DNA of 64,000 nt from Planctomycetota bacterium (GTDB lineage: Bacteria > Planctomycetota > B15-G4), in contig CBDFJQ010000002.1 in assembly GCA_965248575.1 (NCBI GenBank), forward strand, positions 4,992,001 to 5,056,000. Direction: 5' to 3'. Shown piece after piece: positions 51,997 to 60,741 of the stretch; positions within the stretch are counted from its first letter, which is position 1; each line of letters starts with the position of its first letter. The translations under genes were made by a program, and so were the position numbers. The notes beneath the pieces were generated by a model. The model was given only the letters and a program-made list of their open reading frames with translations. It did not search any database and was not told where the DNA came from.

Positions 51997-54852
51997 ATGA
52001 TGCTTCCACTTCGTTCACGGCAGGCCAGCCCCCGGCGCCCGCGACCAGTTGCTGCCGTGCGTGAACGCTTCGTCGGCTTGCTGGTCTTGTGCCTCGCCGT
52101 GCTGCCTCTGAGCGCAGCCTGTTCCGGCGGAGGTGGCAGCGGCGGTGGTGGGTCGGTGGCGGCCAGCAGTGCAGAGTCGTGCATGACCTGTCACAACGCC
52201 TCGCCCAAGAACGACTACAAGGGACCGGGCCTGCCCAACCCTCATCCCTTTCCTGGTGCGGCCAAGATCAAGTGCAGCACCTGCCACGGCGGCAACCCAA
52301 AGGGCGAGGACCAGGGCCAAAGCCATGTGCCTCCGCCGCCGGAGATCGGCGATGACGACAACCTGCTGGTGGATCGGCACGCCTACTTCAATCGCTTGAC
52401 CCTGACGGGTATCGACAAGTTCCCGGACTACGAGGTCAACGGGCAGATGTACACCGCCCTGGACTACCTGCAGTTCATCAACCCGGGCGACTTGCGCGTG
52501 GTGCAGGACGGCCGCTCGTGCGGCGAGTGCCACAGCCCACACGTGGACGATGTGGGTTCGGGCCTGCTGGCGACCCAGGCGGGCATGTTGTCCGGGGCCC
52601 TCTACGCCGTGGGCCAGGACAATCACGTCAACGCCCAACAAGGGCTCTACCAGGACACGGCTGCCGGTGTGGGCTTCCGAGCGGTCGTTGACCCGAACTA
52701 CATCCCGGATTCCACCAACACGGGTGCCGTCGAGCAGCTGCTCGAGTATCCCGTGTTCAGCCGCAAGGGCGTGCTCGGGCCGGACGACATCCAGGACAAC
52801 GACCTCTATCTCTCGGCCTCCCTCGCCAATCACGTGGATGTGGACGGCCAGGTGGTGAGCAACTCGCCCTTGGCGAACCTCTACCACGAGCAGGTAGCGT
52901 TCACATGTGGTGACTGTCACCTGGGCAGTGCGGGGGCCAACAACCGCACAGGCGACTACCGTTCCTCAGGCTGCACGGCGTGTCATATGCCGTATTCCCT
53001 GGGCGGCCGCTACCTGGGCAGCGACCCCAATGTCAACAAGACTGAACCCCTGGACCCGGACGACATCGATGAACCCGAGCGGCCTCACGTCCGGGAGCAC
53101 CGCATCGTGAGCGTGGCGCGCACCCTTTCCAACGGTGTGCAGCAGCAGGGCATCGACGACTACTCCTGTGCCGGCTGCCACCAGGGAAGCAACCGCACAG
53201 TCATGCAGTACTGGGGTATCCGCCTGGACCAGAACGAGGACGTCCGCCGCGGTGTCCAGTACCCGGCGAATCCGGTGAGCTATGTCGACACGCGCGACGA
53301 CGAGCGGCTCTTCGACCCGGTGCTGGGCAACAAGGAGTTCAATGGCCGGGACAGCCGCCAATACCTCTTGTTCGAGGACTACGACGGAGACGGACGCGAC
53401 GACACACCCGCTGACGTGCACTACGAAGCGGGCATGGGCTGTATCGACTGCCACGGCAGCTACGACCTGCACGGCGGGGATGTGAAGGTGCCGGGGGCCG
53501 AGATCTACAGCCGCATGGAGCACGGCACGGCCATCAGCTGCGACAGCTGCCACGGCACCTCCGAGGCCTACGCTCAGACCAAGAACGGCAAGACCTACGG
53601 CGGGCAGTCCGCGCAGCTGGCGCTGGACTCTGGCGGCCGGGTGCTCAAGCACGTCGAACGCCGGGCGGACGGGAACTACTGGCTCACGAGCCGGCTGACG
53701 GGCGAGGAGCACTACATCCCGCAGGCCATGGACACCGTCGTGGACAACGGCGTCCTGCACCCGGAGGAACCGAACACGCCCATCTACACGCCCATGGCCT
53801 CCTTCGCCATGGGGCGCGCGGACGGTGACCCCGCCACCGGCCTCGGCCCGCTTCAGCAGGGCCTGCCGAACGCGGGCTTCCGGCACGCGGACAGCATGGA
53901 CTGCGCGTCCTGTCACTCGGCCTGGACCAACACTTGTGCGGGTTGCCACCTCGAGGGCGAGTACAACAAGAACAACAACTTCAGCAACATCACGGGCGAG
54001 GAGATCGTGTTCCGCGAGAAGAACGCGGACTTCGTCTATCAGTCGCCCCTGCCCTTCCAGTTGGGCATCGACCCGGACGGCAAGATCACGCAGACCAGCC
54101 CGAACACGAAGATGTTCTTCACCTACTTCGATCGTTTCGGGACCGAGTCCCAGGCCTTCGCTTTCTCCGATCGCAACGCCAAGGGGGCCAACCCGCTGGA
54201 GGCCGCCTTCCCGTCCATGAGCCACAACGCCATGATGGCCCACTCCATCCGCGGACGCGTCGACGACCAGAACGAAGGGCCCCGTTACTGCGTGGCCTGC
54301 CACCTCACGGACGACGGTTTGGCAGACTTCGGCGAGGCCAACTACGACGCCTTCGTGGCCGCCATGGAGACCGGCGACTTCGGCAGCCTGGACTACGACA
54401 TGCTGCAGGAGCACATCGGACAGAACCCGGGCAACACCCTCAACTCGCCCGTGTGGGTGCACATGGCCTCGGGTCTCGGCAGCGGGCTGTTTCTCTTCGA
54501 TGAGAACGGCGCGCCAGTGAATCCCCTGGACATGGATTCGAACCGCGCCGGCACGGACAACAACCAGGCGCCGGGCAGCATCCCGTTCGACCCCAACAGC
54601 GTAGTCTACGACCTGGACCGCATCGTGGACGGCAACGGCGAGGCCCAGGGCTCCAACAATCACGCCCTGATCGACCCTGCGGTGGGCAGCGCCCTGCGCC
54701 AGGGGGCCGACAACCCGTCCATGGCGGGGCCCTTGGGTGGGCCGATCCTGCAGCGTCTCACGAACCGCCAGACGGGCATCGTGCTCGACTCCTGGGTGGA
54801 CGCAGACGGCAAGGCCCAGGGCGGTGCGGTGGGGGTTGCCGACGGGCCCTAG
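51997..54852 (+). CDS. Large multiheme c-type cytochrome lipoprotein, 11 CxxCH
   Basis: Lipobox LSAAC plus Gly/Ser tether; CMTCH, CSTCH, CGECH, CGDCH, CTACH, CAGCH, CIDCH, CDSCH, CASCH, CAGCH, CVACH. Confidence 0.92.
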   Translation: MMLPLRSRQASPRRPRPVAAVRERFVGLLVLCLAVLPLSAACSGGGGSGGGGSVAASSAESCMTCHNASPKNDYKGPGLPNPHPFPGAAKIKCSTCHGGNPKGEDQGQSHVPPPPEIGDDDNLLVDRHAYFNRLTLTGIDKFPDYEVNGQMYTALDYLQFINPGDLRVVQDGRSCGECHSPHVDDVGSGLLATQAGMLSGALYAVGQDNHVNAQQGLYQDTAAGVGFRAVVDPNYIPDSTNTGAVEQLLEYPVFSRKGVLGPDDIQDNDLYLSASLANHVDVDGQVVSNSPLANLYHEQVAFTCGDCHLGSAGANNRTGDYRSSGCTACHMPYSLGGRYLGSDPNVNKTEPLDPDDIDEPERPHVREHRIVSVARTLSNGVQQQGIDDYSCAGCHQGSNRTVMQYWGIRLDQNEDVRRGVQYPANPVSYVDTRDDERLFDPVLGNKEFNGRDSRQYLLFEDYDGDGRDDTPADVHYEAGMGCIDCHGSYDLHGGDVKVPGAEIYSRMEHGTAISCDSCHGTSEAYAQTKNGKTYGGQSAQLALDSGGRVLKHVERRADGNYWLTSRLTGEEHYIPQAMDTVVDNGVLHPEEPNTPIYTPMASFAMGRADGDPATGLGPLQQGLPNAGFRHADSMDCASCHSAWTNTCAGCHLEGEYNKNNNFSNITGEEIVFREKNADFVYQSPLPFQLGIDPDGKITQTSPNTKMFFTYFDRFGTESQAFAFSDRNAKGANPLEAAFPSMSHNAMMAHSIRGRVDDQNEGPRYCVACHLTDDGLADFGEANYDAFVAAMETGDFGSLDYDMLQEHIGQNPGNTLNSPVWVHMASGLGSGLFLFDENGAPVNPLDMDSNRAGTDNNQAPGSIPFDPNSVVYDLDRIVDGNGEAQGSNNHALIDPAVGSALRQGADNPSMAGPLGGPILQRLTNRQTGIVLDSWVDADGKAQGGAVGVADGP

Positions 54853-54859
54853 CACGGGC

Positions 54860-55231
54860 ATGCTCGCGGAGCCCCTGCGGAGTGCTTCGCGCGTGACGTC
54901 ATCTCTCGAGCCTGTCCGCTTCGTCGCCATCTATCGTTGGCGCATCGCGCCCGGCAAGGAGAGTGCATTTCGGGGTGCGTGGGCCCAGATGACGCGCGCC
55001 ATCAGGGAGCAGCGTGGCGGCCTGGGTTCCCGACTCCATCGCACACAGGACGGGGTGTTCGTGGCCTACGCCCAGTGGCCGAGCCGGGAGGCCTGGGAAC
55101 ACTCCCGCGCGCAGGCTTCGTGTGACCCTGCGGCGTCGCAACAGATGGGCGACTGCATCGAGTCCAGCTTGGAGACCACGCTGCTGGATGTGGAGCACGA
55201 CCTGCTGGAGTGCAATGACCAGCGGGCTTGA
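54860..55231 (+). CDS. Antibiotic biosynthesis monooxygenase (ABM) family protein
   Basis: FVAIYRWRIAPGKESAFRGAW..GGLGSRLHR..FVAYAQWPSREAW. Start may be GTG 54893. Confidence 0.8.
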   Translation: MLAEPLRSASRVTSSLEPVRFVAIYRWRIAPGKESAFRGAWAQMTRAIREQRGGLGSRLHRTQDGVFVAYAQWPSREAWEHSRAQASCDPAASQQMGDCIESSLETTLLDVEHDLLECNDQRA

Positions 55232-55339
55232 GCACCGCCCTCACCTGGTCTCGCACGAGTCTCCGCAGCTCTGATAGAATCCGCAGCTTTGCAGGGAGTC
55301 AGCCCTGTGCACGGGTGATGTGGACCAGTTGGGGGCCGT

Positions 55340-57166
55340 GTGTTGCAACGCAGTGCGGAGCGGGATCGGGCACTTAGAGATAAGGGGCGGATACCGCTCG
55401 TCATTGGCGTGACGGGGCACCGCTGTCTTCCGAAGAACAAGCTCCCCGAGCTGAGAAAGGGAGTCAGGGCAGCTCTGGAGGCGAGGAAGGCCTTGGTCAG
55501 CAAGGACACGCCGCTGGTGCTCATGTCCTCCCTGGCGGCCGGCGCGGACCAGCTGGTGGCCGAGGTTGCCCGGAGCTTGGGCTTCGACATCGTTGCTCCG
55601 CTGCCACTCGAGGTGGAGGACTACGCCCAGGACTTCCCTACTGGCCCTGAGCGTGAGGCTTTCCATCGCGCGGTGAAGCAGTCGGACTGCTTCGTGGTGC
55701 CTGAGGACGAACGGCTTTCCGCAGTCGACGGTGAGTCAGCCAGGGATCTGGCCTATCTGAGGGCGGGCTTGTGGATCGCACGGCACAGTCACGTCCTGCT
55801 GGCGCTCTATGACGGAAAGTCGGCCCAAGGCACCGGGGGGACGGCCGATGTGGTGCGGTCCGTGCTGATGGGCGAGGACTGCAGCGCGGGGCCGCTCCGA
55901 ACCGGGTCAGCCAGCTGGTCAGACCGGGGGGTGGTGGACCACATCCTCGTCGCGCGGTTCGAGGACTGTGCAGAGGCCGCGGACCTGGCCAACGCTGCGA
56001 TGGCTCCGGAGGTCGAGCAGAGCGCGCAGGGCTCCGGGGCGGTGCCCCTTGAGTACCCGGTGGAAACCCGCTTCCCCGACCTGGAAGTGGCGGACGAGGA
56101 CGAGCTGCAGGAGGCCCACGCCGAGAGCCTTCGCCTCCTGGACGGTTTCAACGCCAGGGTCTGCACCGCCCCCGATTCCGTGACGGAAGGAGTGCACACT
56201 GAATGCGTGGGTGCCGTCTCGGCGCAGGGGCTCTCCGGTGTTGACGACCCACTGCGCATTCGCTTTGCCTGGGCCGACCGCCTCGCCATGAGCGCCCAAC
56301 GGGAACGCTGGCACACCCTCCGGATCATCACCGGGTCGAGCTTTCTCGCTGTCACGCTCTACACCGTGTACGACACCTTCATCCCCGAGTATGAAGGCTT
56401 GGCAACGGCAGCCCTCGTAGCCAACGGTGTGCTTCTGGCCGTCGCCCTCGCGTTCTTCGTCCGGGCGCGGCTCCAAGGGGTCGAGCGCGACCACATCGAC
56501 TACCGCGCCTTGGCCGAGGGGTTGCGCGTCCAACTGGCGTGGCGGGATGCCGGGCTGCCGAATGCGGTTGCGGACCACTGTGATTTCCATCAGGTCTCCG
56601 AGATGAGCTGGGTGCGCACATCGCTGCGCATCGCGCACTGGAGGAGCTGCGTGGGGTGCGTGGCCGAGGCTGCGCCGGATCCGGCGCACCTCTGCCATGT
56701 CTGGAGGACGTGGATGAAGTCCCAGGAGATCTGGTTCCGCAGGGCCTTCGCTCGTGAGGGCAAGAAGGTCGCGCGCAACACCATCTGGCTGCGCTGCTTC
56801 TTCGGCGCCGGCGTGCTGCTGTTCGCGTCGGTGATCTGGACGCAGTTCGCCATGACCCCGACGGTCAAGGACAACCGGGCCTTCGCCACCGCGCTGTTGG
56901 GGCTGGGGATGGTGATCACCTTCGCCCTGGCCACGGCGATCGAGCTCTATTCGGACAAGACCGTGCTTACGGAGCAGCATCGCCAGTACTCCTGGGGCTG
57001 GAGCTTGTTCCGCCGCGCGTCCCATGACGTGAAGATGTCCCTGCGCGCCCAGGATCTGGCCCGGGCCCAACAGCAGTGTCTGGAGACGGGGAAGACGGCG
57101 CTCATCGAAAGCAGCCTGTGGCACCTGCACCACCGCTCGCGCCCCATGCCGGCCCCGACCCAATGA
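55340..57166 (+). CDS. SLOG (YspA-like) nucleotide-binding domain fused to tandem SLATT-like 2TM domains
   Basis: IGVTGHR, SSLAAGADQLVA, PLP, YLRAG..LLALYDG..GTGGTADVV; then ADRLA..2TM..DYRALAEGLR and WMKSQEIWF..2TM..QY..ALIESSLW. Confidence 0.75.
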   Translation: MLQRSAERDRALRDKGRIPLVIGVTGHRCLPKNKLPELRKGVRAALEARKALVSKDTPLVLMSSLAAGADQLVAEVARSLGFDIVAPLPLEVEDYAQDFPTGPEREAFHRAVKQSDCFVVPEDERLSAVDGESARDLAYLRAGLWIARHSHVLLALYDGKSAQGTGGTADVVRSVLMGEDCSAGPLRTGSASWSDRGVVDHILVARFEDCAEAADLANAAMAPEVEQSAQGSGAVPLEYPVETRFPDLEVADEDELQEAHAESLRLLDGFNARVCTAPDSVTEGVHTECVGAVSAQGLSGVDDPLRIRFAWADRLAMSAQRERWHTLRIITGSSFLAVTLYTVYDTFIPEYEGLATAALVANGVLLAVALAFFVRARLQGVERDHIDYRALAEGLRVQLAWRDAGLPNAVADHCDFHQVSEMSWVRTSLRIAHWRSCVGCVAEAAPDPAHLCHVWRTWMKSQEIWFRRAFAREGKKVARNTIWLRCFFGAGVLLFASVIWTQFAMTPTVKDNRAFATALLGLGMVITFALATAIELYSDKTVLTEQHRQYSWGWSLFRRASHDVKMSLRAQDLARAQQQCLETGKTALIESSLWHLHHRSRPMPAPTQ

Positions 57167-59574
57167 CAGATGTCTTCATCAGCTACAGCCGCGGCGACCG
57201 CTCGCGCGCCCAAAAACTCGTGCGCATCTTCAAGAGTGAGGGCTGGTCGGTCTGGTGGGACCGCGAGCTGCTCGGCGGGGACGCCTACGACGATGTGATC
57301 GAGCGGGCCCTGGAGGAGGCGCGTTGTGTCGTGGTCGTTTGGTCCGAGCACTCGGTGCGCAGCAACTGGGTGAGGGCGGAGGCGTCCGAAGGACTGTCGC
57401 GCGGCGTGTTGATTCCCGTGCTCGTCGACGAGGTGAAGCTGCCACTGGAGTTCCGGCGCTTGCAGGCGATCTCCTTCGTGAATACGGAGATCTCCGACGA
57501 TCCACGCGCGGGGCTGGTGCAGGCGGTGAAGGCCGCGCTCGTCAAGAGCAAGCCTTCGGAGGACACCCAGAAGCCGGTGAACATGGTCTGTGCCAACTGC
57601 GGCGTCTTGAACGTGGCCCCTGCGAGCATGGCGGGGCGCAAGGGCTCCTGCCGCGAATGCGGGGAGCGCATGACGGTGCCGAGCGTGGAGGCGTCGCCCG
57701 GCGATGCGCCCGGAGCATCGACTGCTGAAGCGAATGGCAAGCGCCTCGGACTATGGGTTTTCGCGGCGGTCGCGGTGCTCGCCCTCGCGGCAGGCCTTTG
57801 GTGGGGGCTGTCCGGGAAGCCGGACGGAGACGAGGTTGTGCTCGACGGCGAGCCAGCAGACGGCTCAGGTGGTCTCGAACAGTTGGTGGGGGAGGAGCCC
57901 GGGCACGAACTGGGCCAGGGCGGCCCGAAGCTCGCGGCCCACGACTTGCTGGCTTCCCTGTGGGAGCAGACTCCCCCGGACCTGGACCGCCTGCTGGATG
58001 AATGCCGTGCGGTCATCACGACGGTGAGTTCTTCGGACACGGTGACTCTCGAGTCCCTGGCGCGCCTGGGCCAAGAGCGCCAGGGCGACGCAGCCTGGCA
58101 GCAAGCCGTGGCGGAGGTGGCGCGCTGGGTCGGTGCACCTCCCGGGGACGCGCAGAAGTTCTCCGAGGGCGTCGCGCAGGCCCATCTCCGCCTGGATGCC
58201 TTTGACGTGGAGAGCGCCCGCAGCACGTGGGCTCACGTGTCGGGTTACCTCGCGAGTGCTCCCGAGTTGGACGAGCTGGATCAGCGCATCCAGGGGACGG
58301 AGCAACAGCTTCGACGCGTCGCAGCGGCGCAGTCAGCCTTGGACGAGGTGACTCACATCGATCAGCTCGCGCCCTTGGTGCAGCAGGCAGAGGCGCTGGC
58401 CTTGGAGCTACCAGCCGCAGCCGCGCACGTCGGCTTGGCAAGGTCGAGCGAGGAGTCGGTCTCCGAATGGGCACAGCGAGCCCGCGCTCGTCAGGGTGAA
58501 TTGGATCTGGAACTTGGACGGGCGCCCGCACTCGGGTCGCTGCCTGAGGCTGTGTCGCTGTTGGTGCGCGCCGGGGAGCTGGTGAGGCTCTTGGCAGCCG
58601 ATCAGCGCAGCGAGCAGACCTCCGCCTTGCTGACGGCGGTGAACGGCCCGTTGAACAAGCTGCTGGACGGTCCGAGCTGGGAGACGTGCCTCGCAGCGCT
58701 GCGCGCACTGGATGCCGGGAGTGAAAAGGAACTGCCACCAGCTCTCAGCGAACGCTCGAGCAGCCTGCGCAAGGCGATGCTCGCTGCGCTGGACGAGCAC
58801 GCGAAGCAAACCCACTCGCGAGCCGAGCTGGCATTGCTGCTCAAGTCTGCAGCCGAACACCTGTCGATTCACCCACCGGGCGAAGACAAGCAGGCGGTCA
58901 AGGCATTGGTGCAGCGGCTCGTTGCTCAACTTCCCAACACGGCTGCCGACGGAGAGGAAGCCATGGCTCTGTGCGCAACGCACGACGCGCAGTGGCCTGT
59001 CCTTCCAGATGAGTGGCTGAGCGAACAGGTGGCTGCCCACATGCGGAGCGCGAGAACCCAGGCCGAGGAGTACGAGCGGCAACTGGAAGCCCTGCGGCTC
59101 ACCGGTTGCTCACAGCTCGAGTCCCTGTTGGAGGACGATGCTGAGTCGACCTTCGGCCAGCTGCTGGAGCTGTCCCCCGAGGGCTCGATCTATCGGACCG
59201 TGGGACTGTTAGGGGAGGCAGACAGCTACTATCTGGCGTATCGGCGCAAGGCCTTCGGGCATGGTTCCATCCGCGGCAAGGGCATCGAGCAGAGCCTGAC
59301 GGAGCTGCGTGCGGCGCGGAGAGCCTATTGGGCGGTCCTCAAGGAAGAGGCTGCCAAGAACTGTGACGGCGTGGCTTCGGAAGCTTTCAGTCTGTACCGC
59401 CTCGCACTCCTGCACGCCGACTACGCGGTGTACTTCGGCGCGGTCAACAACCGCGACGCGCGGGAGAAAGAGCTGAGCGCGAAGGCCCAGTGCGTGTCCA
59501 GCTTGCAGTTGCGCTTCCCCAAGGAGCGCAGCGCATCGGGGAAGTTGCTGGTCCAGCTGGCTCGCGATACCTGA
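57163..59574 (+). CDS. TIR-domain protein with zinc ribbon, single TM helix and large alpha-helical extracytoplasmic region
   Basis: ATG 57163 overlaps the upstream TGA; DVFISYSR, VWWD, CVVVVWS..SNWVRAEA, LIPVL; CANC..CREC; TM LGLWVFAAVAVLALAAGLWWGL. Confidence 0.88.
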   Translation: MTDVFISYSRGDRSRAQKLVRIFKSEGWSVWWDRELLGGDAYDDVIERALEEARCVVVVWSEHSVRSNWVRAEASEGLSRGVLIPVLVDEVKLPLEFRRLQAISFVNTEISDDPRAGLVQAVKAALVKSKPSEDTQKPVNMVCANCGVLNVAPASMAGRKGSCRECGERMTVPSVEASPGDAPGASTAEANGKRLGLWVFAAVAVLALAAGLWWGLSGKPDGDEVVLDGEPADGSGGLEQLVGEEPGHELGQGGPKLAAHDLLASLWEQTPPDLDRLLDECRAVITTVSSSDTVTLESLARLGQERQGDAAWQQAVAEVARWVGAPPGDAQKFSEGVAQAHLRLDAFDVESARSTWAHVSGYLASAPELDELDQRIQGTEQQLRRVAAAQSALDEVTHIDQLAPLVQQAEALALELPAAAAHVGLARSSEESVSEWAQRARARQGELDLELGRAPALGSLPEAVSLLVRAGELVRLLAADQRSEQTSALLTAVNGPLNKLLDGPSWETCLAALRALDAGSEKELPPALSERSSSLRKAMLAALDEHAKQTHSRAELALLLKSAAEHLSIHPPGEDKQAVKALVQRLVAQLPNTAADGEEAMALCATHDAQWPVLPDEWLSEQVAAHMRSARTQAEEYERQLEALRLTGCSQLESLLEDDAESTFGQLLELSPEGSIYRTVGLLGEADSYYLAYRRKAFGHGSIRGKGIEQSLTELRAARRAYWAVLKEEAAKNCDGVASEAFSLYRLALLHADYAVYFGAVNNRDAREKELSAKAQCVSSLQLRFPKERSASGKLLVQLARDT

Positions 59575-59601
59575 CCCAGCGGCGCCCGTTGTTTGCGGGT
59601 C

Positions 59602-60612
59602 CTAGGGCTCGTCGGCCTCGCTGTCACCCCAGCTGCCGAAGTTGTGGGTGACACCCAGTGCGATCTGCGTGTCCGCCCGCTGGCCCGTGATGCCGTCCTG
59701 CACGGAGAGGTCCCAGACGCTGCCGGATGCCGTGGGCATGCTCAGTCCAATCACGCCGAACAAGGTGTTGTCCTTGCTGGACGGAGCGACGTAGGCCAGC
59801 TCGCCGAAAGCACTCACCTCGCCTTCGAGTGGTGCGGAGAGGGCGAGAGCGAGGAGGTGTTGCGACATCAGGTCGAAAGTGCCGTCGGTGCCCAGCAAGC
59901 CCAGCTCGTAGTAGAAGGTCCAGTCGAAGCCGCTCAGGGAGGCGTCGAGGCTGGTGCTGGCGAAGACGTTGACCTCTTCATGGCCGCCACGCACGTTGTC
60001 GCTGCCCGTGGGGAGTTGCACGGCCGCGGCCCAGGATGCCTGGATGAGTGAACCGTCCTGGGCATTGATCGGCGTGCTGGCGCGCTCGCGGAACCCGAGC
60101 AAGAGATCGCCCTGGCCGCGCCCCGTTCCCATGCGACTGCGGCGCACACGTGCCTGGGCGATGAGGCCACCGAAGATCTCGCGGCGATCGTCCAGACCGT
60201 ATTTGAGGGTGAGGGGGTAGCCGCGGAGGCGGTTGCTGTTGCGCTGGTAGCCTGCCTCCAGCTCCCAGGTGCCCTCGGCGGTGGTCTGGGTGTTGGCGCT
60301 GAAGCCCGGTCGTTGCGGGGTCGGCGTGGCCCGTGGGTGCTGGGTTTCCCGGGGTTGGTGGGGCTGGACCTCGTCGACGAGCTCTGGGGGTGTGTCGGCC
60401 TTCCCGTCGGGGCTTTCGGCGGGTGTGGCGTCCTGGACGGAGGTCGCCGCCAGCAGCTGCTGCCACGCGAGGGTCGGTGCGGCGCCCTGTCGCAGCTGCA
60501 GCTCCTGGGACCCGCAGGCGACGAGCAGCACGAGCGTGCAAAATGGTGAAATCTTTCCGACCGTCCGGCGCATTTGCATCTCCGATTCCGTCTCCGACGC
60601 GTTCCCGTTCAC
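59602..60612 (-). CDS. Putative outer-membrane beta-barrel (phenol-MetA-degradation/'transporter'-like)
   Basis: Lipobox-like LVAC; RPGFSANTQT..GTWELEAGY, LKYGL, GDLLLG, LPTG, FGEL. True start probably a later Met. Confidence 0.6.
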   Translation of the reverse strand: MNGNASETESEMQMRRTVGKISPFCTLVLLVACGSQELQLRQGAAPTLAWQQLLAATSVQDATPAESPDGKADTPPELVDEVQPHQPRETQHPRATPTPQRPGFSANTQTTAEGTWELEAGYQRNSNRLRGYPLTLKYGLDDRREIFGGLIAQARVRRSRMGTGRGQGDLLLGFRERASTPINAQDGSLIQASWAAAVQLPTGSDNVRGGHEEVNVFASTSLDASLSGFDWTFYYELGLLGTDGTFDLMSQHLLALALSAPLEGEVSAFGELAYVAPSSKDNTLFGVIGLSMPTASGSVWDLSVQDGITGQRADTQIALGVTHNFGSWGDSEADEP

Positions 60613-60741
60613 TGCTTCGCTCGCATCTGCTCAGGCGCTGTCAACTGCCACTGACTCGCCCCTCGGCAGCGTACGGGCCGGATGTGTAGACTCCGCGGTT
60701 CGGAATCCCGATCAGTTTCCCTTCCAAATCGAGTCCGTTCC

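Noticed and set aside
44824..54852. Naming the cluster mtrCAB, nrf or anammox hzs/hdh
   Set aside because: Heme counts and spacing differ from decaheme MtrA/MtrC, there is no CxxCK, and I see no hydrazine-pathway signatures.
52966..54930. 654-aa minus-strand ORF
   Set aside because: Antisense shadow of the 11-heme cytochrome gene.
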